A stretch of DNA of 63,633 bases, counting the filler, from Octopus bimaculoides (lineage: Eukaryota): NCBI RefSeq assembly GCF_001194135.2. It is 7 parts of 6 records of this genome, joined end to end, with 100 filler letters (N's around TTAATTAATTAA, not from the genome) between each part and the next. Parts side by side here need not be neighbours in the genome. Positions count along the whole stretch, not along the records: positions 16,878 to 30,665 come from NC_068981.1; positions 30,766 to 39,092 come from NC_068981.1; 5 more parts are not named here. The stretch is one strand, 5' to 3'. Below, piece after piece: positions 21,924 to 35,284 of this stretch. How positions within the stretch are numbered: the first letter of the stretch is position 1; the number at the start of each line of letters is the position of its first letter. Under the pieces are notes generated by a model. The model was not told the origin of the DNA, did not search any database, and saw only the letters and a program-made list of their open reading frames with translations. The translations under genes and the position numbers were made by a program.

Positions 21924-23000
21924 TTTCATTTATTTGCTACCAGGGCAAAAGATGAGGAGAACAATACGAAGACAAACATAAAGNNNNNNNNNNNNNNNNN
22001 NNNNNNNNNNNNNNNNNNNNNNNNNNNNNNNNNNNNNNNNNNNNNNNNNNNNNNNNNNNNNNNNNNNNNNNNNNNNNNNNNNNNNNNNNNNNNNNNNNNN
22101 NNNNNNNNNNNNNNNNNNNNNNNNNNNNNNNNNNNNNNNNNNNNNNNNNNNNNNNNNNNNNNNNNNNNNNNNNNNNNNNNNNNNNNNNNNNNNNNNNNNN
22201 NNNNNNNNNNNNNNNNNNNNNNNNNNNNNNNNNNNNNNNNNNNNNNNNNNNNNNNNNNNNNNNNNNNNNNNNNNNNNNNNNNNNNNNNNNNNNNNNNNNN
22301 NNNNNNNNNNNNNNNNNNNNNNNNNNNNNNNNNNNNNNNNNNNNNNNNNNNNNNNNNNNNNNNNNNNNNNNNNNNNNNNNNNNNNNNNNNNNNNNNNNNN
22401 NNNNNNNNNNNNNNNNNNNNNNNNNNNNNNNNNNNNNNNNNNNNNNNNNNNNNNNNNNNNNNNNNNNNNNNNNNNNNNNNNNNNNNNNNNNNNNNNNNNN
22501 NNNNNNNNNNNNNNNNNNNNNNNNNNNNNNNNNNNNNNNNNNNNNNNNNNNNNNNNNNNNNNNNNNNNNNNNNNNNNNNNNNNNNNNNNNNNNNNNNNNN
22601 NNNNNNNNNNNNNNNNNNNNNNNNNNNNNNNNNNNNNNNNNNNNNNNNNNNNNNNNNNNNNNNNNNNNNNNNNNNNNNNNNNNNNNNNNNNNNNNNNNNN
22701 NNNNNNNNNNNNNAGAATTGATCCGTTTATACTGGCCATTCTTCCAACAGTCACCCATCTTTCAACGAATTTGCTATGAGACAGCACTTCCCTCTCTACT
22801 CTCATCTTCCTTTTCAAGTGGAACTTGAAAAAGTTGATGAGGCCTTGGCCAAAGAGGAAAGTGTCTGTCTTTAGCCCTTTCAAACGGGTCCACCATATCA
22901 CCTCTTTCGCTACAGCCACTAGGAATAGGAAAATTGCCTTGCCCTCCCGGTTAAAGGAGGTCGGCGGGTCAATCCTCACGATGGATTCAGCTGATAGCCG
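21890..23000 (-). mobile_element. L1/Tx1-like LINE 3' fragment spanning a gap
   Basis: The tail (aat)n-gatttcatttatttgc is homologous to 24177-24250. The minus-strand peptide AIFLFLVAVAKEVIWWTRLKG...FFKFHLKRKMRVER resembles an L1/Tx1 ORF2 end. Confidence 0.6.
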
Positions 23001-23011
23001 GATCCGTCCTA

Positions 23012-23051
23012 CCCTAACCCTAACCCTAATCCTAACCCTAACCCTAACCCT
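23012..23051. repeat. Interstitial telomeric repeat, six units of CCCTAA (one TCCTAA) plus a partial unit
   Basis: Direct reading of the sequence. Confidence 0.9.
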
Positions 23052-23424
23052 GCCTCTTTGACCCACGAATAGTCAAGAAGGAAGGAGAAAAGATAGATAA
23101 ATTCAACCCACTAAGCCCGGCTATGGAAAATGAAGAAGGTGAAGATAGTGCCATTTATTGTTGGGTCCTTGGGAACAGTATCAGAAGACATCAAGGGGAA
23201 TATTAAAAAAATTGGAATAGAGTGCCTAGTAGAACTGTTACAAAATATCTGGTTTCTTGGCACGGCCAGAGTAATCAAGAAAGAATTAGATGGCTGAAAG
23301 AAATGGATAGCATGGTACTGTAGGCTGCAGGTAAGATTCCAGGAAATAAAAAGTAAAAACTGTGATAAAGAGAAATAATAATAACAATTATTATTATTAT
23401 TATTTCAAATTTTGCCACGAGGAC

Positions 23425-23605
23425 AGCAATTTTGGGGGAGGGGTTAAGTCGATTACATCAACTCCAGTGTTCAACTGGTATTCATTTTATCGACTCCGAA
23501 AGGATGAAAGGCAAAGCCGACCTCGGCGGAATTTGAACTCGGAACGAAATACCGCTGAGTATTTCGCCCGGCGTGCTAACGATTCTGCCAACTCGTCGCC
23601 TTATT
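23425..23605 (-). mobile_element. tRNA-derived SINE, family C
   Basis: gtcgattacatc...ttttatcgactccgaaaggatgaaaggcaaagccgacctcggcggaatttgaactc. Related copies at 8010-8120, 18890-19000, 26410-26610, 31615-31810 and 55150-55320. Confidence 0.75.
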
Positions 23606-24174
23606 AATAATAAAAATAATAAATAAATAAATAAAAGATGCCCTGATGCAGTACCAAGCACTGGCTATGCTTTGATGTAGTACCAGGCATTGGCTCTCAT
23701 GGCTTCTGGTTTTAACTGTTTGGAAGTGTTATCATGTACATACTTTGTCTTGGTATAAAAGATGGGCTACAGCAAATATTCTGCTCAATAACACAGATTT
23801 GCTTGTCAGTTGTTTGACCTTAACCACTTGAGCATGTCCCTTAGTGGCTGACGATATGTGCATCTCTTATCACGAGCAGAAGTAGTTGCGGGGGCATCAT
23901 AGCCATGTATTGAGAGGAGTTCTTTGGGATTTGAATAAATCACCTCTGGAAGCATGGATGTTTCGTTGAACCCCCTTAAACAACCCTTATTCAGGAACCT
24001 TTTAAGTGGGATGGGATACTCAATCTGAAGAAAATTCTAACTGGGCCCCTTCTGCAAGATCATGCGCTGTTCATCTTGATATAAGATCACCGTGTAGCGA
24101 ACATATGGTTGTGATGCATGTGCCAGGCGTATCTTTATCAGACAGATAGTCATGATGGCGTGCACTACTCTCAT

Positions 24175-25790
24175 TCAATAATAATAACGATTTCATTTAT
24201 TTGCCACAAGGGCGAGGGATGAGGGGGGCAATACAAAGACAGACATAAAATGTAGGTGTTTACATATAATGAAATGATTAAAAAAATGAAAGAAAGAAAG
24301 AAATTTAGTATACACGGTATACACTTAAAAAGAAGGGCCGTATGCATAGCATACAAAGGTTTAAAAAAAGGTGGCGGAGAAAATGATAGAGATGTGACCC
24401 TCCTGATACAGGAAGGCCTCTAGAGATAATCGAGGAACCTCACTGTCCGAGATTTCCCTTAAACCCGGTAGCGTCTCCTGGTAGCACTGCCACGCCAAAA
24501 ACATCTGAAAATTATTCATAATTGTCCCCGCACGGAAAGTCCTCCGGAACAGACTGGTCATTCCATCTTTGTCGACGCATAGAGTCTCCCCTAGGACGTC
24601 GTCGCACTTTCCCGCCACCAATCCTCTATAAATAGCTAAAGTGGAACATCCACTGACTGGTAGAGGAGAGTGAGCACCTGACGATATTGTAAGTTCCAGG
24701 CGCCCAGCCTTGGTCTATCTTTCACCCAGAACTGCAGCTCAGTCAAAGAGACGAGTTCCGGAAATACAAGCCTCACAAACGGAGCCCACACACGTTCACC
24801 ATCTAGAAATCGTTGCAGGTGGCGCAACCTGAGCGCATGTCTGCGCATCAAGAGCAATGACATGCCTAAGCCGCCACTCAGAGGGACCTGACAGCAGATT
24901 GACCACCTGACCATTGGAACGCGTCCCTTCCGCAGGAACATGAACAAGAGACGCTCCAACCTGATCAAACAATAACTGGGACAAGTCACGACGGTCAGAC
25001 GATAAATGATGACGGAGGTGATGTAAGCATTCATCACCTCTGCCTGACCCTTCAAGGACAGCTTCCACTCAGCCCATTTTAGGGTAAAATTGACTACACT
25101 GTTCGTCACCTCGTCCCAGTTCTTATCCACCTGGAAGTCGGTACCAAACCAGACCCCGAGTAGTTTAACTAGTCCGTCATCGACCTGTCTCTCCGAGTGC
25201 CCAATCGCAAGCCTACCGACTTCTCGCATTGATTTTAGCCCCTGTAACCGACTCATATTCTTCTAGAATAGAGCCGACCATTTCCACTTCGGAGGCGTCC
25301 GACACTGTGACGGTGACGTCACCCGCGTATGCAGACACTGCTCTTCCGAGTCCCAGTTCGAAAAGGATGCCCTCACTTGTTCCAAATTCCACAGTAGTGG
25401 CTCGAGAGTCAGCACGTACAGAGGAGGTGACAGCAGGCAGCCCTGATGGACCGAGCGTGCGATGTTAAACGGTTCCGATAGATAACCATTTACTTTGACT
25501 ACCGAGCAGGTGCCGCTATGCACTGCAGCGATCCAGCCTCTGAAAACGGGTCCGAAACCGGTCGCTTTAAGGGCGGCTTCCAGGTAGCGATGGTTGACCC
25601 TATCGAATGCTTTTCATTGATCCAAATTTATCAGTGCCCCACCGAAGGTAGTCTTGGAAATGGTAATAGTGATTCTGAAAGTGATGGCGATAGTGTTGGT
25701 GGTGTGGTGTTGGTGTTGGTAGCTGTTGTATATCCCCAAGCAAGTCCTGTATGAACAGATCTCTAGCGAAAAACCATTCCACCCATGGCC
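24175..25790 (-). pseudogene. Decayed L1/Tx1-clade LINE ORF2 (RT and C-terminus)
   Basis: VKVNGYLSEPFNIARSVHQGCLLSPPLYVLTLEPLL, AYAGDV (YADD-like), VKLLGVWF, LSLKGQAEVMN and PLSGGLG, with frameshifts and an (aat)n tail. Confidence 0.88.
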
Positions 25791-25882
25791 ATCCCGTCCT
25801 TTATCGTACAATGGTTATTGTGACAACGGTGATTAATAGATACGAAATCAATTCAATCTAATTTAAACGAAATGACACTCTC

Positions 25883-25946
<64 letters not shown>

Positions 25947-25957
25947 TGTGTTTGTGT

Positions 25958-25995
<38 letters not shown>

Positions 25996-26007
25996 CGTGC
26001 GTGCGTG
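25883..26007. repeat. (TGCG)n/(TG)n microsatellite
   Basis: Direct reading of the sequence. Confidence 0.95.
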
Positions 26008-27339
26008 TTTGCATATGTGTGTGCATTTGTTTTGCTTTTCATCGACCATTCATCTTTAAGACTGGGTTTCCGATCAAACGAGGGTGAAAGATTCTTTGGA
26101 ACTCCCATCCTAATGATGAGTGTCATAGAGAAAGAGAGAGAGGAGGGAGAAGTTTCTTGGGAGGAACGAGAATGGGAAATCCTTAAAACAATAATCCACT
26201 ATTTTTCTTTAATAGATCTAGATAGAGAAAAAAAATCTGCTTTTCTTCGTTCCCGGTGGTCAGTCTTTCGGCTTTACTGCAACTGTAAACATATGGTTTT
26301 TACACGTTGTTTCTTTTTTATTCCAACGAATATCTGAATCCCATTATTATTTGATCTATTCAGTTGGTTATTTTAATTATTTACATTATTATTGATATAT
26401 AAGGTAACGAGCTGGTGGAATTGTCATCGCGCCGAATAAAATGCTTAGCGGCAGTTCTTCCAGTTTTACGTTCTGAGTTAAAATGTCACGAGGTTGGCTT
26501 TGCTTTTCATCTTTCCTGGATCGATAAATCAAGTACCAGTTGAGCAATGGTGTCGATGTAATCGACTAACACACTCCCCTTCAAAATTCAGGCTTTGTGC
26601 CTTTAGTAGAAAGACTTATTTTTATAAGTGATATGGTTATATCATCTGGTGTCTTTTACTTTATTTCTCCTTCGCCGATAAGAGATTTATTTCTCTATCT
26701 CGATTTATCAGAGAAAAAAGTCGGTCAGTTGTTTTAAAAAGTTCTTTTTTTCCTCTCTATGAAACTTATTTCATTCTTTCTTGCCTCTCTATAAAACCCA
26801 TCACAAGGATAGGCGCTCTAAAGAATTTCTCTCTTTCTTTAAGAAACTCTCATTAGGGGATAGGTATCACACTCATCCTACTCCAGCTATTTCCTTGTCC
26901 AAAACGCTTCTCATGATGCGCTCCCACGGTAATTTCCGCCATTTTGCAGCGCCACTCTGAAAATGCCGCAAGAGGTTTGAATTTACTTGTCTCCACAGAA
27001 TTCATTTATTTTTTTTAGTTATCTTTGTTAAAAAGATATTTTACACCTCTACGTATTTTTGTTATACACTTGCAAACAAAAGATCTTCCACTTTGCTTTT
27101 ACCATCTCATGTGCTTTCGCAATATCTTTATTCCCTCATACTTGCACATGCTCTCACACCACCCATCTTGCGATTATGCACGCATACGAACATCTGGCGC
27201 AACCACTAAACATCGCCATTATATTCTCACATTTGCGCACCTCTATCACATGCAAATACTACACGCACGCACACACGCACAAATACTATTCTCCTTTTTC
27301 CCGCTTCCAAACACAGTTACACTCTTATTTTCAGAGAAT

Positions 27340-28740
27340 ATTGACAATATGGTAACTTCCCCTAATAATTCAAAGATGTACAGACACTCACCTTTTACAA
27401 GAGGAAGAACAACCGACACAATAGTGGAAACAATTGAGGAAATTCTCTTCTTTCAATTGCAGAGAAAATTCTGGCAGAAATATTGCTTCAAAGATTACAA
27501 ACAAATATCGTAACGAATTCTTTCTAAGACCCAGTGTGGATTTCATGTGTCTTGGGGCATCAACGATATTATTTTCACCAAGCAAAAAATTCAGGAAAAA
27601 TCCATTTAATATTACATCCTACCTTTTTACTGTATCCATCCACTTTACGAAAGCTTTCGACAGTGTGGGAAAACAGGGTTTACGGACCCCACTCAAGAGA
27701 AATGGGTTCCTGAACAAATTTGTGGAGATAGTCAAGGAATTTCCCGATTGTATATCTGCAAATAAGCTCTCGTGAGAGCGATATCTCACCCGATTTCCAG
27801 TTGCCCAAGAGGTATAGCAGGACTGTATAGTTTATCTGCACTACTCGCATTATTCCTGGATGCCGCGCTTGAAAAGGTGCAAGCGCAACCACAAACGGTG
27901 CATAAATTTACATAAGACTAGATAATGAGTTGTTGAAACTATCTCAGTTAAGCTCCATCAGGAAATACCTTGATATATAAATTCACAAGCATCTCTTTGT
28001 TGATGACTCAGCTCTAGTTGCTCATTCCCAGAAAGATATCCAGACAGTTACATTATTTTGGATGGGTGGCATCAGCTTTCGGTCTTTCAATAAATGTAAA
28101 AAAAGACAGGGATCTTATATCAACATAAATCTGGATCACTGAAACATAAACTTCGAACCATCAATAATTGCGAATTATCTTTTAAATGTGATAGAAAGTT
28201 TACATATCTACGTAGTACGATTTCTGACAAGAACAGCTTGGGCTTTGATTGGAGGTATATGATCGATTATGGAAACAACGTCGCGTAAAATACCTATACT
28301 CTGTAGTGTCTATATATAAAAAGCAGCTGAGCTGCCAGTTGCTCCTGAAATGATCTGTAATGAATATTTCTTGGCAACACCACATCTTCAATCAGGAGGT
28401 GCTATAACGTACAAATAGGCCTAGTGTTGAGTCTATTCTGCTGGAACTGTAGTTACGCTGGATGGGACACGCGATCTGTAAAAAAGACAACAGAATCTCT
28501 AAAGCTGTACTCGGTAAGAAACCGAAATATAGAAGCCATCAAAGAGGGCACTCGAAACTCCGTTATAAAGATGTCATCAAACGATATCTCAATGAAGCGG
28601 GTGGCCTGATTGAAGTTGCATGAGTGAAGGCAGCAACTAATTGTAAATAGTGAAAACCTGTGAAGTGAAGAATAAATGTTGCAGAGTCGAAATGGATGAA
28701 ACAATATAGAAAAAATAAATTAAAAGGAGAGAGAAAGCTA
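27340..28740 (+). pseudogene. Decayed RTE-clade LINE RT region
   Basis: SLLSIAEKILAEILLQRL, QCGF, IHFTKAFDSV, LFVDDSAL and LRWMGHA motifs, spread across frames with stops. Confidence 0.8.
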
Positions 28741-29089
28741 CACCAGGTTTGCTGTAAGTATTCCACATTACCTGCAGTCAGGGTTCTGACTGTATCTTTC
28801 GTGTATAATACTATGAAAGAGCAAAATATTTTTTATATTTGAAAGACAGAAAAATCCCCTCTTATTACTCTTAGTCATACACGAAGAAGCATTAATACTT
28901 TGAGCGAACCTCATACATATTATAGTCGTATATATGTAAAATATATATCCATGTCTACGTATATTTATGCGTGTGCGCGAGTACATATGAATATTTTTTA
29001 ACAAGCAACCTGAAAATAAGCTACAGCTGCACAACGAATAGGGAAAATATATCATATTCAAATACCAATAAAACTAACGCCATATGTTC

Positions 29090-29400
29090 ACACAACATAA
29101 GTCTCACTTGGTAAAAGTCATATAAAACCAAGCCTAGAAGTAAACGACAAATAGGCATGATGGAAAGAAGATTTGATAGAAGGTTCCATAACCAAAGGAT
29201 CGCTTTTTAGGTATATAGAGAAAAGGTACAAAGCAAAATTATCCTACTATACCTACCATTTAAATGAAAACACTTCAGACTTCCTCATTAAATAAAATAT
29301 CCTAAGATCTAAATTCTATAAAAATAGAAGCAGAAAGTGCAACCTTTTTGAGTAGTAGGGTAGAAGATTTTTTAAAAATACACAATCATATATTTAAAGA
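29090..29400 (+). pseudogene. Highly decayed Penelope-like GIY-YIG fragment
   Basis: IGMMERRFDRRFHNQR and KCNL motifs, similar to the better-preserved copy at 41.1-41.4 kb. Confidence 0.4.
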
Positions 29401-30081
29401 TCAGATCAGAGATATTCGAAAAATGCAGGTACGTCGAGAAGCACAGGTTACAGATCTGAGAATTACTGCCCCCCTCCTCTCCACAGGACTAAAACCATCT
29501 AAATGCATGGTCTTTTGAAATTGCTTTGCATTGTCGCTTTCTTCACCTCTACAATAACAAATCTTTTCTTTTCCATCTACATCTTTTTCTCATGTCACTG
29601 CCTTATCTAACACCTACTTTTTCCTTCTCATCCCTATGAATTGTTGTTGTATCTTTCATCCTTTTTTCATGAAATGTATTTCATTCATTTTCAAAACATA
29701 TACCTTCCCAACCCTTACCGCCCACCCTATCCCAAAGCTAAAACTTGCTTTAGGAAAGGGGGAATAATCCACTTCTACCTTCTGGGTGTTATCCACTTTA
29801 TCGATAGCGGAAGTGCATATACAAGCTAACTTCTGCGTGAGTGTTTGTGTGTGCGCGCGCACGTACATGCATGTGTGCGAGTGTTTATTTTAGGGCATAC
29901 GTGCTTGTGTAAGGATCTGTTTGTATGTCTACGTTTGTTTTTGTGTATATACGTAGTTATATGAATATAAATACACACAGAAGCATATACATAAGTGTGT
30001 ATAGATATGCACGTGCGTATATATTTATGTATGTGCATACGTATGTCCGTTTACCTGTTTTTGTATGTATATATGTATGTG

Positions 30082-30180
<99 letters not shown>

Positions 30181-30523
30181 ATATATATATACATACATAC
30201 ATACATACATACACACACGTGTATGTATATGGGGGTAGTGTGTGTGTGTGTATACACATGCATATGGTAATATGGTATCGTAAATATCTGTTTGTGATCG
30301 TGTGAGTGTACATGTAAGGATACGTATACATGTGTATACACTAGTATGCGTATGGATGTGTACGCGTGTGCTTTTGTATGTGTATATGAATATATGTGCA
30401 CGCACGTACGGTGTAATTGTGTGTGTATATGTGTGAGTGTAGTGTTGTGTATCTGTGAGTGTGCGCATATGTATGTGCGTGTGAGAGAGAGAGTGCGTGT
30501 GCATGCGTGCGTGCGTGTGTGTG

Positions 30524-30580
<57 letters not shown>

Positions 30581-31100
30581 ACAGTGCATTCATGTGTATT
30601 TATCTTGAGAATTTCCTATCTCTGGTCACTGTATTATTGTGTCTGGGATGGTGTAGGAATCGTTCNNNNNNNNNNNNNNNNNNNNNNNNNNNNNNNNNNN
30701 NNNNNNNNNTTAATTAATTAANNNNNNNNNNNNNNNNNNNNNNNNNNNNNNNNNNNNNNNNNNNNTATATATATATATATGCACACACACACGTGTTGTA
30801 ATATCTAAAGCAATTGCGTATACAGCCAGGGTGATTTTCTTTTTCTTTTTTCTTTTTGTTCTTCAGCCATCGTTTTGTGGAGAGAGTAGGTCATATATGT
30901 CATCAAATACGGTAACATTTGGCTATTTTCCATTACATGCCGGTGGTTAAGAAACTATTTTGATTCTTTCAACGGATTATCTTCTTTTAGGGCATGGTGA
31001 GCTAGTCAAAGTACTGCATGCCTATTTGTATAACCAACGAGTTCTATTGTTTTTATCTATTTTGTAGATCTTATATCGAGGAGAAGAGAATATACTTTAC

Positions 31101-31215
31101 TGTGGTTGTTTCGGGACATCTTGCTGTGTTTTTGAAGGCATTGGCCACATAAAACGGCTGTGGACACTGGTTGATACGTAATAGCTTCAATGGAATATCA
31201 ACTGTGACAACACCA
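31101..31215 (-). CDS. GPR158/179-ectodomain-like protein, exon ending the Cache domain
   Basis: Acceptor ttctattgtag|. (N)GVVTVDIPLKLLRINQCPQPFYVANAFKNTARCPETTT. Donor |gtaaag; phase 2-0, 115 nt. Confidence 0.85.
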
Positions 31216-32225
31216 CTACAATAGAATAAAAAAACGCAACAGACAATTATATGTCCGAAAACAATTGATAACTCAGTGTCAATATGGACCACTAACAATA
31301 TAACTAGAGATAGATATACATTTAAGAAGAAAAATGTCTATTTTAATCAATGGCTAATCAATATTATTTTCAGTTTTTTTGGAAAGTATGAGAAACAACT
31401 CCAGACATCCGTCGGTCATATTCTGACCTCATCGCCGTACTTGAGCAGTTCAGTGGACGAGAGAGTGAAAGAGAAAGAAGAGAACTATGCATTCAAATAT
31501 ACAAATGTAGAGAAAACAGACGTGTGGAGAGTGAGGTTTAAAAGTATGAGGGTAATGCATTTTCAATAATTTCAGTCGGATTTTCAAGATTAGAGATTAT
31601 ATTCTTTTCTACTCTAGGCACAAGGCCCGAGATTTTTAGGGAGGGGCCCAGTCGATTAGATCGACCCCAGTAATCAACTGGTACTTAATTTATCGACCCC
31701 GAAATGATGAAAGGCAAAGTCGACCTCGGCGGAATTTGAACTCAGAACGTAAAGACAGACGAAATACCGCTAAGCATTACGCCCGGCGTGCTAGCGTTTC
31801 TGCCAGCTTGCCTAAGCTGAGTATCAACAATCCAATGCGGAGCTCATGTTTCAAATTTTTATTGTCGTTCTCAATACCAGAACAGCATGCGTAAACCAAG
31901 CTTGTATCAGATCCACCGTGGAATACACTAGTCCAATCTGGATCGACCTTCAGTCTCTTCATTGCAAACATATCAAAACCAACAAAGAACACAAAATATT
32001 GCAGTTTCACATAATCCGATGCTACTCATATACTACCCTCATACAATGAAAGATCAATTCTATAAGCAAGAGACAGATTTTGCTGTTAGAAATAGATCCG
32101 TGGGGTACTAAATTACTCTGAAAACTATTATTTCACCGTTCTAAAATACTATAGCTTATCTAAACTAATCAAACATATGAAATTTCACAATTCTGAAATT
32201 TGAAATAATGGTGAGTGTAACTTAC

Positions 32226-33243
32226 TTGAATATAACTGTTGTTCGTAATTCATCAATTCCAAAAAACGGTACTGCGTATGTAACAATCCATTTATTTACA
32301 AGGCCATCACATCGGAAATAAGGACGTGTCCAAAAACCATCCTTTAACATTGGTGCTTTGTATCTCATAGGATAATATTCGAAAGGAATATTGCTCGATC
32401 CATTAAAATCAGTTCGAACATGAGCCCTCATTTTATAGGTTTTAAGTCCAAAGGTGTTCAATTTCCAACGTTGCTTAGATTTTATAAACCAATCTTCTTC
32501 CGTATAAGGATTTTGTAGACCAGCACTGTCAACTGCACGATAGAGTCCTCTCTGGCGGAAAGCAAATGGTCCGAACAATTCCTTTACTGTAGTTTCGCTT
32601 TCTTTGAATACATATTTATCAAAGAAAACACCTGAAGACATTATCCTAAAATCAGCCATCACATTAGCCACAACTTCCCCAAAGATTTGCTGAGGAATAA
32701 GTCGAGCACCCCCTTTATGATAACCGAAATTTTCGTTAGGATTTGCATTTTGTAGGTAATTAGACAAGAAATGGGCCAATCGCAAAGCAGTCCTTGCTTG
32801 AAATTCAAACTGTGTTGAAACACCATAACCAACATCTCCTGGAAGCAAAAGGTTTTCAGGGGCTACATTTTGACAGTTGTCTGAAGTTATCGAAGAGATT
32901 TTCTTAAAAAGCTTTTGGATTCTGTAAATTGATTTTTCGTCAATTAAACTTCTACGGAAACGAGTATGAAATCTACGTCTTTCTTTCACTTTTTTGCGGC
33001 TATCAGCTGCAAATTGTAGGACTTTTTCAGAGTCTAGAGAAAAGAGACTTTTTTCGGATTGAAACGGACTGAGATTTATGTGAGTCTCATTAGAATAAAT
33101 GTTATAAAATCTAGAGAACTTTTTATAAATAAAATTAGACACAGAACGTTTCGCTTTCTCCCAAGTTGTAATACTCAATGTTGCTGCAAGTTCTTCTGAA
33201 TTAACTTTTTGAAGATCTCGATTTGATGGTAAAACAGACCTAA
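32226..33243 (-). CDS. GPR158/179-ectodomain-like protein, large Cache-domain exon
   Basis: 1018-nt open exon with LLLPGDVGYG, ARTALRLAHFLSNYLQ, GEVVANVMADFRIMSSGVFF and GFWTRPYFRCDGLVNKWIVTYAVPFFG. Acceptor ttttcag|, donor aa|gtaagt; phase 1-2. Confidence 0.88.
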
Positions 33244-33974
33244 CTGAAAATAATATAAATGGAATGAGAATAAAAATGTGTGGAGATCATTGTTTATAAA
33301 TCCTTTTTTATACATTAGCTATTTAGAGAGTACTTAAAGAATACTTCGTTCAGAACAGCTAAAAGTCTTCAGTTTCAAATGGCTACAGAAATTTGTCAAA
33401 TCTGCGCATAAGGTTATCACATTTATTGTGGAGAACCAAAATATTCCATTGGATTGCTGGTTATCACTGAAGACTTTATTTTCATGCAATTTATGTAGGA
33501 CAATTCGACCTGACAAACTGACATACAACTTAGAAACAAGTCTTTTATTAACTTACAGTACCTATTGACAGCCAAGTCTAAATAGGCTTAATATTTATGA
33601 GTTGGATACGAACTATCAATTCCTTCATTTGTTATTCGATATTCTATCAACATCTTATCGAGTCGACTAGACGCAGTTGAGAAAGCATGGTCATTTCATG
33701 TTTACTGAAGCCTATGACAAATAAAGGACAAACCAAATAGCGACTAAATTTTCTTCAATGTTCTTCAATATGGAAGCATCAAGGCATTTAAGTCTCAAAA
33801 AAATCACCGCAGAATAACGATTGAGAATTACTGCTGTAAAATTCTGTCGAAATATGTCATTTTTATTCTATATCATATCCTATTTCAAATAAGTCCTTTG
33901 GAATCACAGTTGTTTGTTATTTTCTTTTCTACTTCTTTTCACTTAGTGTAATAACAGTGGCTTTATAATGTGAT

Positions 33975-34370
33975 GTTGGCACTCCGTCGCTTACGACGTC
34001 GAGGGTTCTAGTTGATCCGATCAACGGAACAGCCTGCTCGTGAAATTAACGTGAAAGTGGCTGAGCACTCCACAGACACGTGTACCCTTAACGTAGTTCT
34101 CGGGGATATTCAGCGTGACACAGTGTGACAAGGCTGACCCTTTGAATCACAGGCACAACAGAAACAGGAAGTAAGAGTGAGAGAAAGTTGAGGTGGGAGA
34201 GTACCGCAGGGTTCGCCACCATCCCCTGCCGGAGCCTCGTGGAGCTTTAGGTGTTTTTCGCTCAATAAACACTCACAACGCCCGGTCTGGGAATCGAAAC
34301 CGCGATCCTATGACCGCGATCCTATGACCGCGAGTCCGCTGCCCTAACCACTGGGCCACTGCGCCTCCAC
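33975..34370 (-). mobile_element. Family-A SINE in an intron of the GPR158-like gene
   Basis: Near-identical to 131-517; carries a small tandem duplication (cgcgatcctatgac twice) in the head. Confidence 0.85.
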
Positions 34371-34969
34371 GCCTNNNNNNNNNNNNNNNNNNNNNNNNNN
34401 NNNNNNNNNNNNNNNNNNNNNNNNNNNNNNNNNNNNNNNNNNNNNNNNNNNNNNNNNNNNNNNNNNNNNNNNNNNNNNNNNNNNNNNNNNNNNNNNNNNN
34501 NNNNNNNNNNNNNNNNNNNNNNNNNNNNNNNNNNNNNNNNNNNNNNNNNNNNNNNNNNNNNNNNNNNNNNNNNNNNNNNNNNNNNNNNNNNNNNNNNNNN
34601 NNNNNNNNNNNNNNNNNNNNNNNNNNNNNNNNNNNNNNNNNNNNNNNNNNNNNNNNNNNNNNNNNNNNNNNNNNNNNNNNNNNNNNNNNNNNNNNNNNNN
34701 NNNNNNNNNNNNNNNNNNNNNNNNNNNNNNNNNNNNNNNNNNNNNNNNNNNNNNNNNNNNNNNNNNNNNNNNNNNNNNNNNNNNNNNNNNNNNNNNNNNN
34801 NNNNNNNNNNNNNNNNNNNNNNNNNNNNNNNNNNNNNNNNNNNNNNNNNNNNNNNNNNNNNNNNNNNNNNNNNNNNNNNNNNNNNNNNNNNNNNNNNNNN
34901 NNNNNNNNNNNNNNNNNNNNNNNNNNNNNNNNNNNNNNNNNNNNNNNNNNNNNNNNNNNNNNNNNNNAC

Positions 34970-35135
34970 AGTCGGTTTTGGTGCATGAAAAACCGGTTTC
35001 GTATTCTTTGTTTGTTGCTTTCTCAATATCAATTCCCCTCCAAGGCGGTTTCATTGAAACAGGGTACCGATACCCAGGTCGACATGGACACGAGTAGCCT
35101 CCTCGCTTGAAACCCATTGCTGGAACATGTTTACA
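34970..35135 (-). CDS. GPR158/179-ectodomain-like protein, EGF-like exon
   Basis: Acceptor ttgtctcgttatcag|. CKHVPAMGFKRGGYSCPCRPGYRYP...FSCTKTD, 166 nt, phase 0-1, matching the phase-1 start of 33243. The donor GT abuts an N gap. Confidence 0.82.
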
Positions 35136-35284
35136 CTGATAACGAGACAAAAGTAAAAAATCATTTGGATTTAATGATGCATTTTATGTTGTTTAATATC
35201 ACAATGTTAATATTAGCATCTCCATAATGATGCATGTGTATGTGTATGTGTGTATATCTTCATCTGGTGTTTTGAATTATCTAA

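Noticed and set aside
28772-28810. 39-nt minus-strand micro-exon candidate (tttcatag|...gcag|gtaatg)
   Set aside because: It has no family similarity, lies across a spacer from the GPR158-like exons, and phase 0 contains a stop.
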